Shown here one piece after another: positions 34,835-43,580 of a DNA stretch of 64,000 nucleotides. A model generated the notes under the pieces. The model saw nothing but the letters and a program-made list of their open reading frames with translations, ran no database searches and had not been told where the DNA came from. Each line of letters begins with the position of its first letter. Within the stretch, counting starts at the first letter, position 1. Origin of the DNA: Terracidiphilus sp. (GTDB lineage Bacteria > Acidobacteriota > Terriglobia > Terriglobales > Acidobacteriaceae); NCBI GenBank assembly GCA_050013495.1, contig JBEKFD010000001.1, positions 29,024 to 93,023 of the forward strand, in the 5' to 3' direction. A program made the position numbers and the translations under genes.

Positions 34835-36250
34835 CTAAGATACCATGCCGCGGGGCTTGCCCTGCTGCGCATGATAGCTGGCTGGGCGGCCCACGCTGAC
34901 ATAGGTAAACCCGTGATCCTGCATCTGTTTTGGCTTGTAAAGATTGCGGCCGTCGATGACGATGGGGAAGCGGACTGCCTGGTTGAGCCGGGGCAGGTCG
35001 ATTTCGGCAAATTCCTTCCAATCGGTCAAGATCAGCACCGCATCGGCGTCTTTGGCCGCTTCATAGAGGTCGTCGGAGTAGCGCATCTTCTCTGAGGGGG
35101 GCAGCACCGCCTTGGCGCGTTCATTGGCCGCCGGATCGTAGGCCGTGATGCAGGTGCCGGCTTCGAGCAGCTTCTTGATCACGTCGATAGCCGGACTGTC
35201 GCGAATGTCGTCGGTGTCGCCCTTGAAGGCCAGGCCCAGGGCGGTGAGCCGCTTGCCGCGCAGAGTCCACAGTGCGGAGAGCACCTTGTTATAGAAGATG
35301 TTTTTCTGGGTTTCGTTAATGCTGCGGATTTCCTGCAGAAGCTTGAAGTTGACGCCGTGCTGCTGCGCCACCCAATGAAAGGCTGCCACATCTTTGGGGA
35401 AGCAGGAGCCGCCGTAGCCCAGCCCGGCGCGCAGGAAACGGGGGCCGATGCGGCTGTCAAGGCCCATGCCTTGGGCGATGTCTTCGATGTCCGCGTCAAC
35501 GGCCTCGGCCAGGTTGGCGACAGCATTGATGAAGGAGATTTTCAGCGCCAGGAAGGCGTTGGAGGCGTGCTTGATGATTTCCGCGCTCTGCGCCGAGGTG
35601 ACGACAATGCGCGCCGGGTGGGCGGTGCTGCAATTGCCGGGCAAGGAACCGGCCTGATCGTAGTAAGTGCCGGCGGTGAGCGGCTCGTAGATGCGACGGA
35701 GCACGTCGGCTGAGCGCTCGGTATTGGCGCCGATCACAATGCGGTCGGGATGCAGGAAGTCGCGGACCGCGGTGCCTTCGCGCAGGAACTCGGGGTTCGA
35801 AACCACGTCGAAACTCTTGGGGTCAACGCCGTGCCGGTGCAGCACGCGGCTGATCCACTCGTTGGTGTAGACCGGGACCGTGCTCTTTTCGACGATGACT
35901 TTGTAGGAACTGATGTGGCGGGCGATCTCAGAGACCACGGCTTCGACATAAGAGAGGTCGGCAGCGCCGGTATCGCCCTGCGGCGTGCCCACGGCGATGA
36001 AGATGGCCTCGCTGCGCTGGACTGCGCCGGCCAGGTCGCAAGTGAACTCGACGCCGCGGTCGCGATGCAATGCCAGCAACTGGGGCAGATGGTCTTCAAA
36101 AATGGGCACGCCGCCTTCGCGGAGGGTCTTGACCTTGGCTTCGTCATTATCGACACAGGTGACGCGGTGGCCCATCTCGGCAAAACAGACGGCGGCTACG
36201 AGCCCGACATATCCTGATCCGATGACGCAGATAGAGACTGATTTAGACAT
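34835..36250 (-). CDS. ugd: UDP-glucose 6-dehydrogenase
   Basis: GSGYVG, KSTVP, SNPEFLREG, GYGGSCFPKD. Confidence 0.95.
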   Translation of the reverse strand: MSKSVSICVIGSGYVGLVAAVCFAEMGHRVTCVDNDEAKVKTLREGGVPIFEDHLPQLLALHRDRGVEFTCDLAGAVQRSEAIFIAVGTPQGDTGAADLSYVEAVVSEIARHISSYKVIVEKSTVPVYTNEWISRVLHRHGVDPKSFDVVSNPEFLREGTAVRDFLHPDRIVIGANTERSADVLRRIYEPLTAGTYYDQAGSLPGNCSTAHPARIVVTSAQSAEIIKHASNAFLALKISFINAVANLAEAVDADIEDIAQGMGLDSRIGPRFLRAGLGYGGSCFPKDVAAFHWVAQQHGVNFKLLQEIRSINETQKNIFYNKVLSALWTLRGKRLTALGLAFKGDTDDIRDSPAIDVIKKLLEAGTCITAYDPAANERAKAVLPPSEKMRYSDDLYEAAKDADAVLILTDWKEFAEIDLPRLNQAVRFPIVIDGRNLYKPKQMQDHGFTYVSVGRPASYHAQQGKPRGMVS

Positions 36251-36496
36251 GCGCGGCTTGATCTCGTTTCTCGCAAAGCGGTGATTTCGGCGTATGGTGT
36301 TTCCGCATCTATGCAGTTTTTTCTAGGCTACCCGTTCGGGGCACTGCCGGCAAACATATCCTGCCGGCTTGAACCTAGCATACGGTACGTTGGTTTCGAC
36401 GCGGGATAACTTTCCGGTCAGGAGGCTGGGAGCACGGGGCGATTTGGCGGCTTGCGCCGTCTGGTAGATTGGGCTTGCGTCTGGAGGTCGACCGGG

Positions 36497-37102
36497 ATGG
36501 CGGTTTCGTGGCGGGAATCGGTGGTCGAGTACATTCGTGTCGAGGCGCAGCCGGTGGACAAGTTCGGCCATCAGCCTCGCCTGTATGCGCTTGCCTGCCG
36601 GGTGGGCGAGGGGACGGCATTCGACGACGACATTGTGTTTGCCGCGGCATGGATGCACGACCTGGGCGTGTTTCTCGGGCATCGGCCAGAAGATCCGGAC
36701 CAGTTGGCGCGCTGGGATCACGTTCCCTACACCATTGCACGCACGCGGGAACTGCTGACGGGGTGGGGATTTCCGCCGGAAAAGCTGGAGGGCGTGGCGG
36801 AGGCGATCCGCACCCACCAGCCGCAGGATGAGCCGGTGACGACCGAGGCAATCCTGCTGCGGGATGCAGACATTCTGGAACAGCTGGGAGCGATGGGCGC
36901 GTTGCGGGCACTGGTCAAAATCGGACGGGACAGCCGCTATCACACTTATTCTTCCGTGATTCCGGTGTTGCGAAGAGCGGTCGAGGAACTCCCTGGAATG
37001 CTGCGCACAGCGAACGCGCAACAACTTGCTGGGCGAAGGGTTGAGCGATTGAGAATGTTGCTTGCTGCTATCGAGGAGGAGGCGGGTGCACTACTTAACT
37101 AG
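36497..37102 (+). CDS. HD-domain protein
   Basis: FGH...WMHDLG...TH...DADILE; GGAGG RBS. Confidence 0.85.
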   Translation: MAVSWRESVVEYIRVEAQPVDKFGHQPRLYALACRVGEGTAFDDDIVFAAAWMHDLGVFLGHRPEDPDQLARWDHVPYTIARTRELLTGWGFPPEKLEGVAEAIRTHQPQDEPVTTEAILLRDADILEQLGAMGALRALVKIGRDSRYHTYSSVIPVLRRAVEELPGMLRTANAQQLAGRRVERLRMLLAAIEEEAGALLN

Positions 37103-37177
37103 CGTATTCCATTTGGAAGTTGGGCGTCGATTTCAGGCGCAGACGATCGAGGTGCAAGCTCTGGAGCCAGATTGACG

Positions 37178-38440
37178 TTAGTTCGCCTTGCGTGGCAATG
37201 GCGCATCCGGTTCGGGCGGCGGCATTAATTTGAGGAGTTCGTCAGGATCGTAAAAGAACGGGTTAGAATCACGGCCGGCAATGTTTTCTGGATTGGTCTG
37301 GTCTGCCATCGGCCCTCCTCCCATGATGGCTGCTCTTCGCTGCAGTTCGATCATGTAACCCTTGTCCAGGACAATCTCCGCCGGCGTTGGTTCATTCAGC
37401 AACAAATTCCTGGGACCAAGATAGAGATAGGCATCCACCATCTTCGAGAATTTGAATTCCGCTTCGTCCGGCATTTCCGGGAAGGTGCCTTTCGCTTTGG
37501 CCGGGCCCGCCGGAAGCTTGCCGCCATCTGGCACCCCGAAGGTGACGTTCCCGGTGGAATAAGTCATGTCCAGCAAATCTCCCAGCCACGTGCCTTTCAC
37601 TTCCTGTACCAGCGATGGAACGGGCCACGACGCCATTCGCGCCTCAAGACCGTCATTGAATCTCTCCAGCGGGGTCCAGTTGCCGAATCCCGTGTGATCG
37701 GCAATTACCAGGGTTACGCCCGGAAAGTCTTTCTCATAGAGTCCCACGCCCGTATTTTCCTCGTGAAAAAGATGCGCGGCGCCAAAAAGCATGAGCGCTT
37801 TAAGGTGTTTCGAGAGCACTTCTTTTTCCATCACGGAGGCAATGCTCGCGTCCCGCCCCGCCAGGAATTGGCCCTGTCCGAAGTCCTGGGGGCTCTTGAT
37901 TTTGCTCCAATCGATGGGAGGGTCCGCGGCCAACACGCGGAGTTTCTTTTCCGGTAGGAGCGATTGATTCAGCCTGCGAAGCAGAGGAAAAAACTCATCG
38001 TAAAAGCCGGACACGCCGCACATGGGCTGGGTGGTGTTGCGCCACACCTGCCGCACTTCGGACAATGGGACATCGGCGCCCGCAATGTATCGGTCAAGAG
38101 TGGGCTGGTAGAGCGAATTGCCGCACTCCACGGCGATGACGTTTACCTTGCTCGGAAAGGCAGGATTGCGGATGAGGCGGAGAATAAAGTCGTCGAGATC
38201 CTTGTTGCCGTGCGCCGCAGCCATTCCAACGACTTCGTATTTGTCGAACGCAGCGAGAAGAGATATTCCGGCAACTTCGGGTTTCGGATTGGTCCCCTTG
38301 GGATTCGGAGCCTGTAGCTCCATCATGCCCTGGAGTGGCAGCGGGCTGTTAGCAGGTTCCTGCGCTGAACCTATCTCGCCGAAGAGCATTGTCAGGGACA
38401 GGAGCAAAAGAAAATGAGCTCCATTTACCGGCCTTCTCAT
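37178..38440 (-). CDS. Secreted hypothetical protein, possibly EreA/ChaN-like fold
   Basis: AAGGAG RBS; signal peptide GSA|Q; VVGMxxxHG, IAVECG, RDxxxA, FGAAH, DAYLYLG. Confidence 0.72.
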   Translation of the reverse strand: MRRPVNGAHFLLLLSLTMLFGEIGSAQEPANSPLPLQGMMELQAPNPKGTNPKPEVAGISLLAAFDKYEVVGMAAAHGNKDLDDFILRLIRNPAFPSKVNVIAVECGNSLYQPTLDRYIAGADVPLSEVRQVWRNTTQPMCGVSGFYDEFFPLLRRLNQSLLPEKKLRVLAADPPIDWSKIKSPQDFGQGQFLAGRDASIASVMEKEVLSKHLKALMLFGAAHLFHEENTGVGLYEKDFPGVTLVIADHTGFGNWTPLERFNDGLEARMASWPVPSLVQEVKGTWLGDLLDMTYSTGNVTFGVPDGGKLPAGPAKAKGTFPEMPDEAEFKFSKMVDAYLYLGPRNLLLNEPTPAEIVLDKGYMIELQRRAAIMGGGPMADQTNPENIAGRDSNPFFYDPDELLKLMPPPEPDAPLPRKAN

Positions 38441-38671
38441 TAGGAATCTCCTTTTTTGGGCAGGGCTTGCTGAATGGTATCGCTGATTTTTCGTCACTCA
38501 TGGGAAACGCACTGGTAACGGGTGACCGGGAAGTTGCATGGGTGAGACCGAAGGTTCGCGCTACCATGAAGCTTTGCGAGAACCCAGCGTTGCATCGATG
38601 AGCCGCCTTGGCTGGATTACTGGTTCGACGCATATTGCTGGAATCTGTTTGCGAGCCGGAGGAAGCTCAGG

Positions 38672-39328
38672 ATGATATTCAGGCGGACCGCGCTAGCCCT
38701 GGCTGCACTACTGGCCGCGGCGGCATTGCCTATGTTCGCACAGGTGGTGCCGTCGGCGGAGGCGGGCGGGTTACCGCTGGTGGCGGGCGCCGGCGTGTCT
38801 GGATTCAACATCGATTGGGGCCACGATTCGTTTGGGGTGACGCGCTACATGGAGGGCGCGACGCTGTGGATCGATTGGAATTTGACCCGACTGCCAGGGC
38901 CAGGCTTTATGCGCGGGCTTGGCGTTGAGTTGGAGGGCAGAGACATCAACTACGGCCTGCCCGCGTCCTTGTCCAATGCCGAACTGCACGACACGAGAAC
39001 CAACATGCGGCAGGATACAGGCCTGGGAGGTGTGATTTACACCGTGCGCCGTTTTCGCAAGGTGCGTCCGTATGGCAAGGCTCTGGCGGGGTTGGGCAGT
39101 ATCGATTTTCCTCCGCTGCCGGCCTCGCCGCCCACTTACCGGCACGATAATCGGACCATTACGGCGTTTGGCGCGGGGGCCGATATTCATGCATGGCGGG
39201 GTCTGTGGATGCGGGCGGATTGGGAATACCAGTTCTGGCCCGGGCTCTTTGGCAGATCGCACGATCTGACGCCGACAGGGATCACGATTGGCGCGGTCTG
39301 GGACTTCAGAGGCATTCATCTCCGCTAA
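38672..39328 (+). CDS. Outer-membrane beta-barrel protein
   Basis: Signal peptide MFA|Q; amphipathic strands; PYGKxxxGxG and RADWEYQxW. Confidence 0.85.
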   Translation: MIFRRTALALAALLAAAALPMFAQVVPSAEAGGLPLVAGAGVSGFNIDWGHDSFGVTRYMEGATLWIDWNLTRLPGPGFMRGLGVELEGRDINYGLPASLSNAELHDTRTNMRQDTGLGGVIYTVRRFRKVRPYGKALAGLGSIDFPPLPASPPTYRHDNRTITAFGAGADIHAWRGLWMRADWEYQFWPGLFGRSHDLTPTGITIGAVWDFRGIHLR

Positions 39329-39569
39329 GGAAGCTCTGAGGCAAGCGCTTTAATTGAGGCTGCTGTCCGAAGAAGCCCAGGAACGAGCAGAACATTTGCT
39401 TGACGATATTAAATTGAAGAATTAGGTTCCAACTAATACTAACCAGGTTGGCGTAGCGTCTCCCCTCTACACGATCTACGCGTTGCGATTCCGGATTGCG
39501 CGTGCCGGCCGGGTCCCAACGGTCTGTAGCACTCCTGGTATGGTCCGTGAGTTCCAGAGGAGATGCCCG

Positions 39570-40220
39570 ATGCTCTTCAGGCTGCTTTCAAGGCTCCTGC
39601 TGACCGCTGTCTTCATGGCAGCCGCAATTCCCGATCATGCGCAATCTGTCTACGCCGCACGACAGAGCAAAGTGGACCTAGCCTTTGGCGGCGGGGGGTC
39701 TAACTTCGACCCGGACTTCGCACAGGGACCGGCGCCCAGATACCTGGAACAGACTGGAATGGGGCAGGGACGGCGCTGGGGCTATACCGTATGGGCCGAC
39801 GCCGGCATGCCCTTCGGGCCGCGCTGGCTGCGTGGATTCCGCGCTGAAGTGCAATACCGTTCAGTTTATGCGGGAGTCATGGTGGAGCAGATGGGGCTCA
39901 AAGAGCAAACCGTTGGGGGAGGAGCGACCTACACCTTGCGCCACTGGCAAAGCCTGCGGCCGTACGGCAAGTATATTTTCAGTCTTGGAAGCATCTCATT
40001 TACTCCCATCCCGTTGCCCCTCGGAAGCTCGTACTCGCAGGATTCCCGGGCAGTGCAGGCACTTGGTGGCGGAATCGAGTTGCGCTGCTCGGAGCATATC
40101 TCGGCGCGCGCCGACTACGAGTACCAGTTATGGGGGCGGCTCCTGGGAGCTCCTGACTTTACTCCCCAGGGTGTGACCGTGGGCGCGATGTACAGCTTGC
40201 GGAAATCTGCTATCCGGTAA
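39570..40220 (+). CDS. Outer-membrane beta-barrel protein (paralog of the previous gene)
   Basis: Signal peptide DHA|Q; PYGK and RADYEYQLW...TPQGVTVG; GAGGAG RBS. Confidence 0.85.
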   Translation: MLFRLLSRLLLTAVFMAAAIPDHAQSVYAARQSKVDLAFGGGGSNFDPDFAQGPAPRYLEQTGMGQGRRWGYTVWADAGMPFGPRWLRGFRAEVQYRSVYAGVMVEQMGLKEQTVGGGATYTLRHWQSLRPYGKYIFSLGSISFTPIPLPLGSSYSQDSRAVQALGGGIELRCSEHISARADYEYQLWGRLLGAPDFTPQGVTVGAMYSLRKSAIR

Positions 40221-40786
40221 CGAGCAGGAATTGCTCGGCAAGCTTCGACTCGTCTGCTCATGAGTTATAACAGCTCCTCCCTTCGAATTATCGGCGTATA
40301 ACTCGAGACGGAGAAGTCATAAGCTAGTTATGTTGAGTTACGGCCATGGGAATTCCAGGCGAAGGCAAAAAGAATCCTGAGATGGATTTGGAGCGGGTGC
40401 TTCATCCGAGTCGGACGACCTCGGCGATGACAGGCTGCTGCCCCCCCTGCTTAATCTCATGGAGAACGTGATTACTTTCGCGCAATTGGCTTCGAACAGT
40501 GCGATCTGGCGGGAGCATGATTTGACTGCGGAACACGCAAGTAATACGAATGTGGACGAGGCAGGGTGTGCTACGTGCCTCAATCGAAATCCGATTTACT
40601 TCTGAACTAAATCAACCGATCTGTCTGTATCGCATTATGCAATTTGCGAGATTTTTCTAAAAGCTAAAGTAACTTGTTTCGCGTTAACAAGTACCATGCC
40701 TTGCGGGTACTATTTGACTATTTCCATTACAACCTCTGTTTGCCATACTCATGAGGCTTATGGGCCGTCTGGAGAGATAAGCAAAC

Positions 40787-41590
40787 ATGGGTGCAACTGT
40801 TCGCTTTCAGCAGATTCTCGGGATTCGTTTCATCGTTGGCAATACCAACGATGTGATCGACCTGGTCTCCGGAGACGGAGGTCTGGTGGTGGTTCCCGCT
40901 GCGCCCGCGCTGACCAATCTGAGCCATGACAAGGAGTACCGCGAGGCGTTGCTGGGCGCGGATTTCGCGCTCGCGGACAGCGCTCTGATGGTGGCTATGT
41001 GGAACTTTATCCAGGGGGACGAGATTCCCAAGCTTTCTGGATTGAAGTACCTTCGCGCGCTGATTGAGCGGCCGGAATTCTGTGCGGCAGGCTCCAGCTT
41101 CTGGATTATGCCGACGGTTCCATCGGCGCAGCGTAATGTGAAGTGGCTCAATAACCACGGAGTCCTGGTGGGCCCACAGAATGTATACCTGGCGCCCATG
41201 TACGGAGCGGCTGTCGAGGATCAAGTATTGCTGCACCAGCTTGAACGGCGCCGTCCGCGCCACATCGTGGTGGGATTGGGCGGCGGCACGCAGGAGCCGC
41301 TAGGCCTTTATCTAAAGCGGAATCTCAGTTACAAGCCGGTGATTCACTGCATTGGCGCGGCCATTGCATTTCTTTCCGGAGACCAGGTGCGGATTCCCGT
41401 GTGGGTGGACCAGGCAGGGCTCGGCTGGCTGTGGCGCAGCGCTTCCAACCCGCCGCGATTCATTCCGCGCTATTGGGCCGCCCGGCACCTTGCCGGCATG
41501 ATGCTGCGCTATCGCGATCGCTTGCCTTCGAAGCCTTCGCACGCGGTTCCGTTGCGCGCCTCGCTGCCGCCTGCGCCGGTTAAGCCCTGA
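40787..41590 (+). CDS. WecB/TagA/CpsF family glycosyltransferase
   Basis: ADFALADS, LSGL, VGLGGGTQE, IGAAIAFLSG, GLGWLWR. Confidence 0.88.
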   Translation: MGATVRFQQILGIRFIVGNTNDVIDLVSGDGGLVVVPAAPALTNLSHDKEYREALLGADFALADSALMVAMWNFIQGDEIPKLSGLKYLRALIERPEFCAAGSSFWIMPTVPSAQRNVKWLNNHGVLVGPQNVYLAPMYGAAVEDQVLLHQLERRRPRHIVVGLGGGTQEPLGLYLKRNLSYKPVIHCIGAAIAFLSGDQVRIPVWVDQAGLGWLWRSASNPPRFIPRYWAARHLAGMMLRYRDRLPSKPSHAVPLRASLPPAPVKP

Positions 41591-41773
41591 GAAATGCACT
41601 GCCTGAACGCCTTCGGGAAACGCTTTGGCGTAATTGAGCCGCTCGGCCGTGGTTTGGAATTCTTTCCATTTCGGATGCAGCGTATCGTAAATTGTTGCCC
41701 AACGGGCGCCGCGGCAACCATTGCACATCATAATGGTTCATCGAGTGCCATCCGGCATCTTATGGAGGGGTGC

Positions 41774-41802
41774 GGAACTTTTTCCCGAGGTCCGGGTTCC
41801 AA
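41774..41802 (+). promoter_or_regulatory. Putative ECF (sigmaE-like) promoter
   Basis: GGAACTT-N17-TCCAA upstream of the BON-domain gene. Confidence 0.45.
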
Positions 41803-41919
41803 TCGATGACGGCTCTCGCTAAAATCCGTCTAAATGGCTGACACCCATTCGAAATTGGGGAAAATTGCCAAACGGGTGGAGCGTGGCCAGCACCTCAGGC
41901 AGAGGAGAGCAATCGGCTT

Positions 41920-43287
41920 ATGAATCAGTCATTTGTGAAGAGAATTTCCCAGCAGGCACTGTTGTGCGCCGGGCTTGTTGCCCTGTGCGGCACGGCTACG
42001 GTTGCACAGGGGCAGGATGCCGCCGCCGCACCCGCAGGAGCGCAGGCCGGTCAGCGCACAGACGGACAGATTGAGATGGACGTAGTTCACGCGCTCGACG
42101 CTTCCAAGGCGCTGAAAGAAGACATGATCACCGCCGCTACAATTCAGAGCGAGGTGACGCTTTCAGGAACGGTTTCGACCGAGGCCTCGAGCGAGCTGGC
42201 GGAGTCCATTGTCGCGCACGTGGCGGGCGTGACCAAGGTCAACAACAACTTGAAGGTGGGCAATCCGCAGGACGCGCAGGCCGCCGACCCGAACGCGCAG
42301 CAGATGGCGGACAACCAGCCGCAAGATGCAGCGCAGGCACCCCCGCCGCCCCCGAACGGCCAGCAGCCTATGCCGGATCAGGGGCAGGCTAACCAGCCCC
42401 CTGCTCAGGAGCAGTATCCGGATCAGGGTCAGGCTCAGGTGCCCCCTCCCCCTCCGCCTCCGGCGTATCCTCCGGCGCGGCCTCAGTATGCGCCGCAGCC
42501 TCAGTATCCGAACCAGTATCCGCCGCAGCAGCGGCAATATGCACAAGGACCTCCGCCTCCTCCGCCGGGGCCGCAATATGAGCAACCGTCAGGCCCTGTG
42601 ACCATTCCGCAGGGAACTCTGCTTCAGTTGCGCACCGCCGAGGGCTTGACCAGCAAGAGGGCCAAAGACGGCGAGCCGGTGCAGTTTACTGTGATTCGCG
42701 ATGTGGCGGTGGGCGGTGTTTTGGCGCTTCCCAAGGGCGCTACAGTGCATGGCGTGGTTTCCGAAGCCAAGCACGTTGGCGCAGGCGATCTGGGCGGAAG
42801 CTCGGAACTGGCGCTGAAGCTGACCTCTTTGGATCTTGGCGGGCAGAGTTATCCGCTGGATAGCGACCAGTTCAAGGTAAAGGGACCGAACAAGGCCGGC
42901 CAAACGGTGGGCAACGCCGTGGGCGGCGGAATTCTGGGAACCATTATCGGTTGCGCGGTGGGTCGCGGCTTCGGCTGCGCGGTTGGCGCGGGAGCAGGCG
43001 TGGCGGCGGGATTGGGCGCTTCAGCGGCTTCTTCCGGTCCGCAGGTGTGGATTCCGGCCGAGGCGCTGGTCACCTTTCACTTGAATACGCCGCTAACGGT
43101 GAACCCGGTGGGCCCGCAAGAAGCGGCGCGGCTGGCGCAGGGATTGTATTCCGGCGGCCCGAACCTCTACCGGCGTGGACCTTACCCCTACGGCGGGGCT
43201 TATTATGCAGGGGCCTATCCTTATGGATACGGTCCGGTGTACTACCGTCCGTACTTCATGGTGGGCGGGGTTTATTACTGGCGGTGA
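41920..43287 (+). CDS. BON-domain protein with Pro/Gln linker and glycine zipper
   Basis: EVTLSGTV...VAGVTKVNNNLKV; Pro-rich linker; IPQGTLL beta domain; GxxxG zipper; AGGAG RBS. Confidence 0.88.
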   Translation: MNQSFVKRISQQALLCAGLVALCGTATVAQGQDAAAAPAGAQAGQRTDGQIEMDVVHALDASKALKEDMITAATIQSEVTLSGTVSTEASSELAESIVAHVAGVTKVNNNLKVGNPQDAQAADPNAQQMADNQPQDAAQAPPPPPNGQQPMPDQGQANQPPAQEQYPDQGQAQVPPPPPPPAYPPARPQYAPQPQYPNQYPPQQRQYAQGPPPPPPGPQYEQPSGPVTIPQGTLLQLRTAEGLTSKRAKDGEPVQFTVIRDVAVGGVLALPKGATVHGVVSEAKHVGAGDLGGSSELALKLTSLDLGGQSYPLDSDQFKVKGPNKAGQTVGNAVGGGILGTIIGCAVGRGFGCAVGAGAGVAAGLGASAASSGPQVWIPAEALVTFHLNTPLTVNPVGPQEAARLAQGLYSGGPNLYRRGPYPYGGAYYAGAYPYGYGPVYYRPYFMVGGVYYWR

Positions 43288-43292
43288 AGGCC

Positions 43293-43322
43293 GGGAACGG
43301 GGATTAGGAAACAGAGAACAGA
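43293..43322 (-). repeat. Degenerate heptamer repeat
   Basis: GGGAACG-GGGATTA-GGAAACA-GAGAACA on the + strand. Confidence 0.55.
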
Positions 43323-43330
43323 AAAGCGCA

Positions 43331-43362
43331 GCGGGCATCCTGGGCGACGGGATGCCCGTTTT
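43331..43362 (+). terminator. Intrinsic terminator after the BON gene
   Basis: CGGGCATCC-loop-GGATGCCCG-TTTT. Confidence 0.75.
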
Positions 43363-43580
43363 GCGCTGGGATGTTCCTGCGATTCGTCGAGACCGAGAAT
43401 GCCCAACCGCGGGCGCGGTTCTGTTTCGTCTATAATGGCAGAGAATCGCGTCAGTCGAGATTTAAGCAAGAATTGCGCATCCGTGGGAGGTGCCCGCGCC
43501 AGAGCCGAGGCCAATTGGGCCCCAGCCGGCGGCGAGCAAAACCCACATCGCGCGTAGAGAGTAGAAGGTCCAGTTCATCC

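Noticed and set aside
40338-40583. 81-aa minus-strand ORF
   Set aside because: TTG start, no clear RBS or motif; cannot be supported.
42290-42590. Repetitive CCG/CAG-rich DNA
   Set aside because: Explained by the Pro/Gln-rich linker of the BON protein.
43440-43560. Hairpin as possible SRP or 6S RNA
   Set aside because: Lacks the SRP GGAA-loop motif and is too short for 6S; kept only as a leader candidate.
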